Positions 10,633 to 23,049 of a stretch of 46,205 nt of DNA are shown here, piece after piece. This DNA comes from Octopus sinensis. Lineage: Eukaryota. The first letter of the stretch is position 1. Each line of letters begins with the position of its first letter. Location: NCBI RefSeq assembly GCF_006345805.1, contig NW_021835029.1, positions 1 through 46,205 on the forward strand, read 5' to 3'. The position numbers and the translations under genes were made by a program. Below the pieces are notes generated by a model that saw only the letters and a program-made list of their open reading frames with translations, did no database searches and was not told where the DNA came from.

Positions 10633-11477
10633 ATGAATGCATACACGAGCGTACGCACACACACACTTACACACACGTACACACACACTTACACACACAC
10701 ACACTTCTACAGTACATTGTTTGATCTGAACGCTTTTCATTTTCACTCTCACTCTCTCTCTCTCTCTTTCTCATATACACTCGCTTTCTGTCTCACTCTC
10801 CTTCTCATATACATTCGTACTCTCTCTCTCTCTCTCACGCATTCATTTACATATATACATATATACACACAAGTATATGTATACTTTTTCTAAATTGCAA
10901 ATAATACTAAGGTCATTAATTTTAATAAATTCATCTCATCCATTATCATCTTTTTTTCCTTTTTGTCTTTGTCTCAACATTGTCTGTCGTCTGTATGTTT
11001 TATATTACCGATATTACACAAAAAAAATCTATTAACATTTCACTGAAGAATTTCCGTATTGGCTGGGAATTAAAGAATTGATTATGTTCCAATGAAAATA
11101 ATGTTCCGATAAAAGATATATTTCAATGAAATTTCCCCTCTTTAAACCCTTTGCAGGATTATCGGCAGCAGAGTCCTACACATAAACTCACAAGCTAGGA
11201 ACTGAAACCGAATCACTGTATTCGGACATAAAATTGACTGTATTCGGCAAGACAGTATTTTGACATGAATTCATGACTTCAGCAAGCAGGTAGCCATTTA
11301 AGCCCTTGATAGACTCATTAAGAATTTGTTTTTATCAGTAATTCGGTTGATGGACGAAAGCAAAGACGAAGCAGATGATTAACTTGTTAGAATTCCAGTT
11401 GTTGTAAAAAAGGTATTGGAATGTCGTTTACGACTTTGTCTTTGGTGCCTTTCTTTGATAGACCATTAAGTATATAA

Positions 11478-12560
11478 TACAACAGGTTGAGTCAAAAATT
11501 TTTCTCGTATTTCAAGCTTTAATTATTAGTTCAAACAACTAGATACGAAAAGCGTTTATTCATCAAAATATATCCCATCATATTTCATTGTCTGTTGCCG
11601 TCGTTGTGCTAAAAGCTCTAAGGCAGCACTTCCGGTCCCTCAAGTTCCTCAAGTTTCACAACTGGTCACACCGGAAGTGTGTGCTGGGGTATTGTCATGC
11701 TGTCAGATACGTGTTTTCGATTGACCGATACTGGGCAGCGGGCTTTCAAAGCATCATATACACGCAGCAGTTGTTAAACATAAAGGCTAGCATTCACAGC
11801 ATGAACATTTAGGACAAGCTCAAAGTACGACACCCTCTCGAAATTCCCGCGAAGACAAAGTATGACCTTCTGTTCAAACCGCCCTTGTTTGACAACAGGT
11901 TTTAAAGCCTACCCGGAACGAAGCCAAGGATTTTTGTTATTAGAATTACGAAAATAAATCCATTTTTCATGCCCAGTTACAATCCGACGCCTAAACGGGC
12001 ATCTCGAGGATTTGCCAGCAGTTGTTTGCAAATGATCACGCGTCGCTGAGGCTGGTCATTGGTCAGTCCACGAGGAGCTTCTCGGCAGCGTCTGTTCACA
12101 AGGCTAGGCTTAAGAAGGTGTCTATTGACTTGGCTTTGTGAAGGAACAAGTTCTGCCGACAATGTTCTAATACTTGCGCTAACCTCATCTTCTACAATAG
12201 AAAGTCTTTCTCTCTGATCATGGTTTGTCTTTGAAATTGGTGTCACTTTGCTTGAAACCTCTGAACCAGTTTTGGGACACACATTCGTTGACAGATCCTG
12301 GGCCTTCCACATCATTAATTTATTTTGCCGATGCCCTTGCACCCAGTATTTTTCGCCACTGGTAGCATAAAATGGCTCTAATTACAATCTTTCCCCCACT
12401 CATTGCCAAAGCTATGAAATAAAGAATTAAACAGTTAACGTTTCTGTATCATTCAACCATGATACAGAAGTCGAATGATATTCTTAAGGCCGCAATTTAC
12501 TCACACGCAGCATCTTTCAGAGCTTGAGCGCTAATTCAGTTCTTAGCCAAATTGAAAACC
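11478..12560 (-). mobile_element. mariner-type DNA transposon, decayed
   Basis: HTH-like ...SIRTLSAELVPSQSQVNRHL, then RRIVTGHEKW (TGDEKW motif), then QHDNTPAH. The region with the third catalytic D is deleted. Boundaries approximate. Confidence 0.8.
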
Positions 12561-13010
12561 GTTAACATTTTTGAAGAGGAATGGTCCCTAGCTACATTTT
12601 GGCATAAAAAATTGAGATTTGGTCCAGTAGGAAAAAGTTTACATCAAAATTTGTAGCAATGTTATAGGAGAGTAAGTAACGCCACCATTCAAGTTTAGAT
12701 CTAAATAACTTTTTTATTTCAAAAGCAAAATATATTTATCTTAGCTTAAATAATAGAGTTCAATTTCATAGTATCAATCTCATGCAGTGAAATTTTAAAA
12801 GAGAAAAGTTACAAGTGTTTGTTTGTCAAATCTGAAGGTGATAATATATTTCTATACTTTTTTAAGAATGGATATAGTTCTATAAAGGGACTTTTAATAT
12901 ATGTCACCGGCGTCATTGAGGTAAGGAAATTATCAACGACACCGCTAATTGACACATTTGACACATTATTAATAAGAATGATAGCATAGCCTGGAAAAAA
13001 ACATGGATTA

Positions 13011-14378
13011 CATGGAAAAATGCGAGCAAGAGAAATAATATTCTTAAAATTTTAAACCTGGAAAATTACAGGACAAGTTATTACACCTGGAAAAGTTCAG
13101 GACAACATATCACATCTGGTAAAGTACAGAACAAGAACATTTTTGCTTAAAATATTGCAGCTAAGGATAAAATTTGAATATTAAAAATTATTTGATTTCA
13201 TTTTACAAAGTAACATTATAATTCAAAAAGATACCATCATTTTGTTAAAATTTTGACACACTAGTACACTTAAAAAATGAAAGCCAGAAGTACCAATATA
13301 GCTAAAGATTTATGCAAAATAGAATAGTGTATATGGTAGGCAAATTCATTATGTAAAAAATAGGCAATGGGTCAAGACTAAAAATGTGAAGACTTGGCAA
13401 TAACTTAGGCAATAACTCAAGGTAAATTCTACTGTGAATTTGTTATAGGTAGATTTTACTGTAATATATAACTAATTTTTGTATTTTCTATTTATTGTAC
13501 TAATTATGTACTATTATTATTTTTTATAACCAATTTTCAAATTTCGAATTATTAATTGATAATTTAAAAAATGAATATTTTTATAGTGCAAAAATATTTT
13601 AATTGAGTTATCTTTTATTTTTAATAGAAGTAACAAGTAATAACAAATAGAAGCAATACCTTGTAATAAAATTTTTAGTTTTAATAAAAGCTAATATTTT
13701 CCAAATCTGAATATATTATTGGAAATTTTATCCATAGCTGCAATATTTTAAGTAAAAATGTTTTTGTTCTGTACTTTATCAGATGTGATAAGTTCTTTCA
13801 CGTGGGTATATCTTTATGATGAGTTTGGATATTAATTTCCTTATATAAATAGTAATAATATATTATTTAAGAAATATATGTAACTAGCAGTATCGCCCGG
13901 CGTTGCTCGGGTTTGTAAGGGAAATAACTATATAAGCATTTTTAGAGATGTAAAGTATAATAGCCATCTCAATATGGCTAACCACAAGGGAGGGGTGTTA
14001 CTGTAGCTTTTTACGTTCTGAGATTTAATAATACATTTTTAGAGAGTTATTTCCCTCATATAATAGCAAAAAAATGCATTAAAAATGGAAAAAAATGATG
14101 GTAAATTTTTTCTAAATAGTAGACGCGCGCTAATACCCAGAAGGGCTCGATATGAATCACAACTATAAGATACCCGATTTTGGTTACACTGCACCGCAAA
14201 ATGTGGGAGTAGTTAGGAATCTAAATCATAGGAGACAGACACAACTTCACTTTTATATATAAAGATAACTTGTGCTGAACTTTTCCATGTGAACTTTTCC
14301 ATGTGTAATAACTTGTCCTGTAATTTTCTAGGTTTATAATCTTAAGAACGTTATTTCTCTTGCTCGCATTTTCCCATG
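13011..14378. mobile_element. Non-coding element with ~100-120-bp terminal inverted repeats containing ~28-bp subrepeats (foldback/MITE-like)
   Basis: catggaaaaatgcgagcaagagaaataa...ggaaaattacaggacaagttattacac (13011-13086) is mirrored at 14267-14378; interior is AT-rich. Confidence 0.65.
13884..14265 (-). mobile_element. Non-autonomous Helitron
   Basis: Minus strand 5' A|TCtttatatataaaag ... cccgagcaacgccggg hairpin ... CTAG|T 3'; inserted between A and T with no TSD. Confidence 0.85.
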
Positions 14379-14471
14379 CAATTATAAATGAAAATTAAAG
14401 AATAAATACTTCCGCAACGATTGGACAATAACTTGTCCAATCAGATTAATGATATAACATGGAGATACATA

Positions 14472-14636
14472 GGCGCAGGAGTGGCTGTGTGGTAAGTAGC
14501 TTGCTAACCAACCACATGGTTCCGGGTTCAATCCCACTGCGTGGCATCTTGGGCGAGTGTCTTCTACTATAGCCTCGGGCCGACCAAAGCCTTGTGAGTG
14601 GATTTGGTAGACGGAAACTGAAAGAAGTCCGTTGTG

Positions 14637-14685
<49 letters not shown>

Positions 14686-14898
14686 GTATATATTTGTGTG
14701 TCTGTGTTTGTCCCCCACCCAACATCGCTTGACAACCGATGCTAGTGTGTTTACGTGCCCGTAACTTAGCGGTTCGGCAAAAAGACCGATAGAATAAGTA
14801 CTGGGCTTACGAAGAATAAGTCCCGGGGTGGATTTGCTCGACTAAAGTCGGTGCTCCAGCATGGCCGCAGTCAAATGACTGAAACAAGTAAAAGAGTA
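14472..14898 (+). mobile_element. SINE family A, full length
   Basis: ggcgcaggagtggctgtgtgg ... tgactgaaacaagtaaaagagta. Confidence 0.92.
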
Positions 14899-14899
14899 G

Positions 14900-15410
14900 A
14901 TAAGTTACGTCACTTTAAAGTTGTTTGATCAAACAAATTATGCCAGTCTAAGCATGTCTGATGACACAAGTCAAATCACTTCAACAAGGATGCTTGATCA
15001 AACAGATTATTTCACTTTAAAAAATTGTTTCCCCAAACATATTATATCACTCAAGATATGTTTCATGAAACAAATCACGTGACTTCAAATAAGTCAGGTC
15101 ACTTTCAACAAGTTTTATTAAACAAATTATGTCACGTTAAAAATATTTGATGAAACACGTTATGTTACTTTAAGCAGGCTGGATCAAATAAGCCATGACA
15201 CTTGAAAAACGTTTCGTAGAAGACATTACGCCATTTTAAAAAAGTTCTATCAAACAAGTTATGCGGCTTTAAAGATGTTTTATCAAAGTAATTGTGTCAC
15301 TTTTTAAAATGTTTTTTTTTTACCAAAGCAAGTTTTGTCGCTTTAAACATGATTCACCAAAACAAATGATCTTACTCGAGACAGGTTTAAAGACGTTTGA
15401 TCAAAGAAGT
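14900..15410. repeat. Degenerate ~33-bp minisatellite (~15 units; consensus ~caaacaagttatgtcactttaaaaatgtttgat)
   Basis: Recurrent aaaca...gtcacttt...tgtttgatc motifs at ~33-bp spacing. Confidence 0.7.
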
Positions 15411-15419
15411 TATGTTGTT

Positions 15420-15444
15420 TGAAGCATGTTTTGATGCTGCTGAT

Positions 15445-15477
<33 letters not shown>

Positions 15478-15591
15478 GACGATGACGATGATGATGTTGT
15501 TGTTGATGATGATGATGATGATGATGAAGAGGAGGAGGAAGAGCAGGAGGTAGAAGAGGAAAAAAAAGGATGACGACGATGAAAATAAAAC

Positions 15592-15639
<48 letters not shown>

Positions 15640-15850
15640 CGATGATGAAAACGATGATGATGATCACGATGACGACGAAGACGTCATTGACAATAATGAG
15701 TGTGATCATAAAGGGGAGGAGGAGGAGGAGGAAGAGTAGAAGCTTGAGAAGGTGCAGGACGACGACGACGACGACGACAGCGATGGCGCCGAAGCCGACG
15801 CCGGTTCTGACGCTGACGATGACGATATTGTGGTCATGACTACCAAATTA
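15420..15850. repeat. Compound trinucleotide repeat (GAT/GAC/GAG)
   Basis: Directly visible. Confidence 0.9.
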
Positions 15851-16247
15851 ATGTCGTCTAATTCAATTGTTAGACTGGAGAGAAATTTGCAAAACAGCAG
15901 AAAAAGGACAAAATACAAAAAGAAAAAACAAAACAAAACTTGACCAGACATCCATCCATCAATGCATTTTATCCGTCTCTGTCTTAATCAATAGATCCAG
16001 CCATCGATCCATCCAATTAATACATTCATAGATCCATAGATCCAGTGATGCATTGATCTCTGTGTCTATTCAGTCATCCATCCATCCATCCGTACGTACA
16101 TACATACATACATACATAAGTATATACATATATATACATATATGCATAAGTACAAACATGAGCAAATACGTACGTAGATACGTACACACGTACATATATA
16201 CACACACACACATATACATATATATATATATAATATAAATATATACA

Positions 16248-16304
<57 letters not shown>

Positions 16305-16521
16305 TCATGCATACATACGCCAAACATTCATACTTACATACATATATATATATATACACACACATAAATACATTTATACATACATACGTGCATAGATAAA
16401 TCCCTCCATCCTTACACATCCCTCCATCCGTTCTTCCATACACCTACCAATCTACATACATACATACATACATACATACATACATGTATCGTATATACAT
16501 AAATACAATTTACAATATATA

Positions 16522-16704
16522 GGCGCAGGCGTGGATGTGTGGTAAGAAGTTTGCTTCCATCCACATGGTTCCGGGTTCAGTCCCACTGCATGTCACCCTG
16601 GGCAAGTGTCTTCTACTATGTATGTATGTATGCATGTATGTATGTATGTATGTATGTATAGGCCTTGTGATTGGATTTGGTTGACGGAAACTGAAAGAAG
16701 CCCG

Positions 16705-16782
<78 letters not shown>

Positions 16783-16995
16783 GATATGTATGCATGTATG
16801 TATCTTTGTGTTTGTCCTCCATCACCGCTTGACAACCGGTGTTGGTGTGCTTACAACCTCGTAATCTAGCAGTTCAACAAAAAGGCCGACAGAATAAGTA
16901 TCACGCTTAAAAATATTAATAATGGTGTCAGTTGTTCGATTAAAAAATTCTTCATGACGGTGCTCTAGCATGGCCTCAGTCTAACGACTGAAACC
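16522..16995 (+). mobile_element. SINE family A with an internal (TATG)n insertion
   Basis: Family A head and body; (tatg)n splits the ctatag/gcc motif at ~16618-16660. Confidence 0.8.
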
Positions 16996-17017
16996 ACACA
17001 CATATATATATATAATA

Positions 17018-17434
17018 GGCGCAGGAGTGGCTGTGTGGTAAGTAGCTTGCTTACCAGCCACATGGTTCCCGGTTCAGTCCCACTGCGTGGCATCTTGGGC
17101 AAGTGTCTTCTACTATAGCCTCGGGCCGACCAAAGCCTTGTGAGTGGATTTGGTAGACGAAAACTGAAAGAAGACCGTCGTATATATGTATGTATATATA
17201 TATGTATGTGTGTGTATATGTCTGTGTGTCTGTATTTGTCCCATCCAACATCGCCTGACAACCGATACTGGTGTGTTTATGTCCCCGTCACTTAGCGGCA
17301 AAAGAGACCGATAGAATAAGTACTGAGCTTACAAAGAATAAGTCCCGGGGTCGAGTTGCTCGACTAAAGGCGGTGCTCCAGCATGGCCGCAGACAAATGA
17401 CTGAAACAAGTAAAAGAGTAAACGAGTAAAAGAG

Positions 17435-17435
<1 letters not shown>
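17018..17435 (+). mobile_element. SINE family A, full length
   Basis: ggcgcaggagtggctgtgtgg ... gtaaaagagta. Confidence 0.92.
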
Positions 17436-17465
<30 letters not shown>

Positions 17466-17466
17466 C

Positions 17467-17538
<72 letters not shown>

Positions 17539-17767
17539 ATATATATATATGTATGTATGTATAAGCTCTGGTAGTGTGTAGAGTTAGGATATTTCCAGTG
17601 AAGATAGAAAGATAGATAGATAAATAGATAGACAGACAGACAGACAGACAGAAAGATAGATAAATAGATAGACAGACACATACATATATGTATATAGAGC
17701 GCGTCAGTTTTTTGAGGACTACTCTTTTATTCTAATTTCTTTTTACCTTACTTTTCTGATAAATAAT

Positions 17768-17946
17768 CTTTTCTACTATTGGCACAAGGCCTGAAATTTT
17801 GGGTGGGTGGGCAAATCTTAATTTATCGACCCCAAAAGAATGAAAGCCAAAGTTGACCATGACGGAATTTGAACTCAGAACATAGCGGCAGACGAAATAC
17901 CACTAGGCATTTCGCCCGGCCTGCTAACGATTCTGCCAGCTCGTCG
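17768..17946 (-). mobile_element. SINE family B monomer
   Basis: Family B head and body, flanked by the 22-bp direct repeat ccttacttttctgataaataat. Confidence 0.85.
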
Positions 17947-17968
17947 CCTTACTTTTCTGATAAATAAT

Positions 17969-18530
17969 CTTTTCTACTCTAGGCACAAGGCCCGAAATTT
18001 TGGGGAGAGGGCTAGTCGACTAGATCGACCCCAGTATGCAACTGGTACTTAATTTACCGACCCCGAAAGGATGAAAGGCAAAGTTGAACTCAGAACGTAA
18101 AGACAGACGAAATACCTATTTCTTTACTACCCACAAGGGGCTAAACACAGAGAGAACAAACAAAGACAGACAAACGGATGAAGTCGATTATATCGACCCC
18201 AGTGCGAAACTGGTACTTTATTTATCGACCCCGAAAGGATGAAAGGCAAAGTCGACCTCGGCGGAATTTGAACTCAGAACGTAACGGCAGACGAAATACC
18301 CATTTCTTTACTACCCACAAGGGGCTAAACACAGAGAGGACAAACAAGGACAGACAGACGGATTAAGTCGATTATATCGACCCCAGTGCGAAACTGGTAC
18401 TTTATTTATAGACCCCGAAAGGATGAAAGGCAAAGTCGATCTCGGCGGAATTTAAACTTAGAACGTGAATGACAGACGAAGTACTGCTAAGCATTTCGCC
18501 CGGCGTGCTAACGATTCTGCCAGCTCGCCA
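17969..18530 (-). mobile_element. SINE family B trimer (one head, three bodies at ~184-bp period, one tail)
   Basis: cgaccccagtgcgaaactggtac at ~18194 and ~18378, plus a terminal unit; flanked by the same 22-bp direct repeat. Confidence 0.85.
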
Positions 18531-18779
18531 CCTTACTTTTCTGATAAATAATGTCAGGGATCAAGTTGACTCAACAACTGAAAAGATACGCTGCAATCGT
18601 TTTAAAAGCTCAGCATAGTGATTCTTCCTGAAAGTTTTCCGAACCTTCGTTGTCAAAGTTCGAAAGGATCTGGAAGCTGCTGGTGGGGGAACCAATATCA
18701 GCAGCTAAATGCAAAATGCATGCATAGGGTCCTAATACCACCAGAACACGTAACTTTGTACACAAAAAAATCTAAGAAA

Positions 18780-18827
18780 TCTCTCTCTATATAAACGGCA
18801 AAATGTGTGTGTGTGTGTGTGTGTGTT

Positions 18828-18898
<71 letters not shown>

Positions 18899-19206
18899 TT
18901 TATACAAATCCAAAACTTTTCAGTTAGAGGGCTCGTACTTTCTATGGTCATTCAAAACCGTCCAAGGGTGGTCGTGCACATCTTTACCCCGCAAAGCCAT
19001 TAAAAATCAATATAAGTGACTTTTTTGTGAATTTTCTATCCAAAACCCAATCAAAATGCCCGAAACTTGATTCGCCAATTGAATGTCAGCTAGCTGTATG
19101 TGATTGGTCGGAGATTTGGACAGTACTCGCGTGTATGTGCGCACGCACGCAGCTGTATATGCATGCACTAGCATTATGACCCGGCGTTGCCTGGTCATAG
19201 TGCTAG
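18780..19206 (+). mobile_element. Non-autonomous Helitron with internal (TG)n
   Basis: A|TCtctctctatataaacggc ... gacccggcgttgcctggtc hairpin ... CTAG|T. Removing it rejoins the transposase frame (gaa a|ta atc). Confidence 0.85.
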
Positions 19207-19734
19207 TAATCTATAAAAATCCTGGAAAGTCAGTCGGAGCCATTAAAAAGGACCTCAAGATTTCAAAATGCACGATCGGAAGAGTCGCCGAGCATGAAGA
19301 CATCTGGTACAAGTCGTATGTGATTCGGAAGGCCCAATTCACGTTGGATGTTACAAGAGAAAATTGTGTGATCCGTGCAAAGCACTTACTAAACAAGTTA
19401 AAGCACCAAGATTACTGAAATGCTTTGGTTTGTCTCCAACGAAAAAAACCTTTGATCCTGTAAATCGAAAGGCAGGCCCAAAGGAACGTCATGTAGTTAT
19501 AAAGAGACCCGAATAAAGTTACGACGTTCATGCATACTCAGTTCTTAGCATCTGTGATTCTTCTGGGAGTTGACAGCAATAAGGGAGATGTCAAACCCTC
19601 ACTTTTAAGGGCTTAAGAGTCAATGCTGCTGTCTACACAGTGGTTTTGGAGAAAGTTGCAAAGATTTGTATAGACAGAGTACGTATCGGATGACCGTACA
19701 CCTTATGACCTCCTAGCTCACCAGACTTCCATCC

Positions 19735-19945
19735 TTTCTATTATAGGCACAAGGCCTGAAATTTTGGGGTGGAGGATAGTCGATCACATCGACCCCATTA
19801 CTCAACTGGTACTTATTTAATCGACCACGAAATGATGAAAGGAAAAGTCGACCTCGGCGGAATTTGAACTCAGAACATAGCTGCAGACGAAATACTGCTA
19901 AGCATTTCACCCGGCGTGCTACCGATTCTGCCAGTTCGCCGCCTT
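19735..19945 (-). mobile_element. SINE family B with 15-bp TSD
   Basis: accagacttccatcc at 19720-19734 and 19946-19960 flanks a full monomer. Confidence 0.92.
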
Positions 19946-20329
19946 ACCAGACTTCCATCCACTAGACTATTACGCATGGCGCCTAGTCAAGAGAAGAGTT
20001 AATCAACACTCCCAAAACATCATACAATCTCTCAAGTCCGCCATAACCAGCACTCTGCCCAAAATTGATAAAGATCATCTGATGCGGGCCTGTCAACGCT
20101 TCCGACCCCGTATTGAAGCAGCAATTGATGCTAACAGTGGATTCATTGAATAGGCGTGATAAAAGGGTCCCCACGATTATTTGTGTCCATTTTGTTTTCG
20201 AATGCAGCTTTTCTTTGATGAGCCACGCGTCTGTTTCTGAATTCATTGAAATGACCTCAAAAAAACGACGCACCGCTCAACCTGTTTCCTTGCCCTATAA
20301 GGGACTGAAATCACAACCTACCTCACTCC

Positions 20330-20465
20330 ACAACCGGACACCAATCCGTCGTAGGCTTCACTCCCCTGCAGCTGAGTGGAGTGGATTACCGGGAAACGAA
20401 GGGTTTCGCTCAGGAACATAACGTACCAGCCGGTCGGGGAACCGAAACCCTGGGGCTTGCCGTCA
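20330..20465 (-). mobile_element. Highly decayed tRNA-SINE-like fragment
   Basis: Minus strand has a B-box-like ggtttcggttcccc followed by a CORE-like ttcctgagcgaaac...ccactcagctg. Confidence 0.35.
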
Positions 20466-20557
20466 CGAATGCAACAGCGTAACAGCTGGACGCACGCGCA
20501 GACATGTACTCATAAAAATCTATTATGTATGTTTGTATGTGTATGTTCAAGGGTGTA

Positions 20558-20594
<37 letters not shown>

Positions 20595-20739
20595 AGAGAA
20601 AGAGAAAGAGATAGATATATTTGATGCAGAAGACTAAACAAAATGAAACAAACAGAAGCTGACTTGTACAACAACATCAACAAGAAACAAACAAGCAACG
20701 AAAGCGATGAACACATCTTTCATTGATGTTGCACTTGAT

Positions 20740-22030
20740 GTCCTCACAAACTGTTTGTTCTCCGATATTGTATTGTAGCGACGGCGATGGCGACGGTGGT
20801 TACGTGAACGGTGCGGGTGTAGGTGGTAGTGGTGGTGGTGGTGGTGGTGGCTACTGTGGTGGGGGAGATGGTGGTGGTTGTGGTGGTCGTCGTGGTCGTG
20901 GTGTTGGTGATATTTGATGACATTTTGGTGTAGTACGGTGCATGATGTGGTGGTAGTGCACTGTGGTGGTGGTGATGGTGATGGTGGTGGTGGTGATGGT
21001 GGAAATGGTAGTGGTGGTGGTGGTGGTGATGGTGATGGTGGTGCAGGTGATGGTAGTGCACGTGATGATGGTGCAGGTGATGGTGGTGGTGGTGATGGTG
21101 ATAGTGGTGGTGATGGTGGTGGTGGTGGTGGTAGTGGTGGTGATGGTGGTGGTGGTGGTGGTGGTGATGGTGATGGTGGTGAAGGTGATGGTGGTGGAGA
21201 TGGTGGTGGTGGTGGTGGTGGTAGTGACGTGGAGGAGCTTGGTGAATTACTGCCTGGAATGGTAGTGGTGGTGGTATTGCTGATGGCGTTTGGTGTCGCG
21301 TTGTGGTGGAAGTAGTGGTAATATAGTTAGGTGGTAGTTCTTCTGTTATTGTTGCTGTTGTTGTTGGTTGCTAATGGTGGTGGTGTGGGTGCTAGTAATG
21401 GTACGGATGGTGCTATTGGTGGAATGATGGCGTTTATGGTATAGAACCAGTCCTGTATGGTATAGGCAGAGGTGGTGGTGGATAAGGTGATAGAGACTGA
21501 TGGTGGTGGCAGTGGTGGTGGAGGTGATTGTGGTGATGGTGGTGGTGGTGGTGATGGTGGTGGTGGTGGCGGTGGTGATGGTAGTGGTGGTGTCGGTGGT
21601 GATGTCGGTGGTGATAGTGGTGGTGGAAATGGTAGTGGTAGTGGTGGTTGTGGTGGTAATAGTGGTGGTAATAGTGGTGCGGTGGAGGTGAGGTGTGCTA
21701 GAGTACAATCGGGAATGTTTCAAACGGTGGGAGTAGTAGTTGGAGTTAGTTAAACTCATTAGATTGGAGTTAATTATAATTAGTTAAGAAGATTTGTTTC
21801 GGATGAAGAAGATTGCAATCAAATTTTCTTTTTTTCAATCTATTTAACTATTGTTGCTGTTGTCATTAAGAATCATCATCACCATCATCATGATCATCAT
21901 CGTCATCATCATCGTCATCATCATCATCATCATTATTAGTATTATTATTTACATTAGTATTATAGTAAAGTTAGTTTATATTTTTATTAATATTATTTTT
22001 ACTGTTTTTATTATCCTGACCCTGTGACAA

Positions 22031-22079
<49 letters not shown>

Positions 22080-22194
22080 TGTTGTTGTTGTTGTTGTTGT
22101 TATTGTTGTTGTTGTTGCTTTTGCTGCTGCTAACGTAGAACATTGGTTAATTAGTAACAGCAAAGTTCTAGTAATTCATAAGCTGTAGTAGTAA

Positions 22195-22258
<64 letters not shown>

Positions 22259-22400
22259 TGTTGTTGTTTGTGGTGGTGGTGGTGGTGGTGATAGTGGATG
22301 TTAAGGCTGTAATTATCGGGTGGATAAGGAATTATTTGTGAATGTAGTAGTAGTGGTGGTGGTGACAAGGGCTGGCGTGGTGTCGGCGAACTGCAGTGGG
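20740..22400. repeat. Compound trinucleotide low-complexity block (GGT/GAT/GTA/GTT/CAT)
   Basis: Directly visible; source of the poly-G/V/H/T ORFs. Confidence 0.9.
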
Positions 22401-22497
22401 GGCACAAGTGATAAACTCTGCTAGAATCAATTTAGTTATGTGTCACAATCAATATGAATTTTAAAAAGATTATTACTCTTAGATCCATCCATATATA

Positions 22498-23049
22498 CAG
22501 GGTTAGTAAAAAAGAATGAACCGATTTCATTATACAATATTTTAATAAGGAAAAGCAATAGAAAAACTCCAGCTAAGTCACAAGTATTTACTCACAATCA
22601 GCTTTTATTCCCTGTCTTAGAAAGGGTTCAATGTGGCCACCACCTGCAGCACGGACAACATTAATGCGATAAGAGAATCCCTCCCAGACGCGTATCAGCA
22701 CATCAAAAGCAAGTTCATTATGGAAGTAAAGAATAAATTTGCTTAGCTTGAGGCGATTCCAGAAGGTATTGACATAGAAGCGAAATGGAAAAACTTGGAT
22801 AAAGCATTCAACCAGACGGCCAAAGAAGTAGTAACTGGATCGTGATATGCTGATACACGTCTGGGAGGGATTCTCTTATCGCATTGATGTCGCCCGTGCT
22901 GTAGGTGGTGGCCACATTGAACCCTTTCTAAGACAGGGAATAAAGGTTGATTGTGAGTAAATACTTGTGACTTAGCTGGAGTTTTCTGTTGCTTTACCTT
23001 ATTAAAATATTGCCTAATGAAATCGGTTCATTCTTTTTGACTAACCCTG
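22498..23049. mobile_element. 552-bp Tc1/mariner-derived MITE with ~207-bp TIRs and TA TSD
   Basis: TA|cagggttagt...catc (22498-22704) mirrors gat...actaaccctg|TA (22844-23049). The arm encodes a transposase C-terminus, DMLIHVWEGFSYRIDVARAVGGGHIE. Confidence 0.9.

Larger units (their letters stand above)
18560..20153 (+). mobile_element. DD37D (maT-like) Tc1/mariner transposase remnant interrupted by a Helitron and a SINE
   Basis: LTQQLKRYAAIV, then KVRKDLEAAGG, then NPGKSVGAIKKDLKIS...RAKHLLNKLKH, then MLWFVSNEKN, then PPSSPDFHPLDYYAW...RACQRFRPRIEAAIDANSGFIE* (stop 20151-20153). Confidence 0.85.

Noticed and set aside
11040-11090. CTGAAGA-atttcc/gggaat motif (similar weak cores at ~10087, ~28288, ~41572, ~43990)
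   Set aside because: Each lacks GAAA, the cleavage triplet or stem I; too degenerate to call without a family consensus.
12656-12680. tttgtag|caatgttataggaga|gtaagt as a 15-bp microexon
   Set aside because: Splice-like motifs of this length occur by chance in AT-rich DNA; no supporting context.
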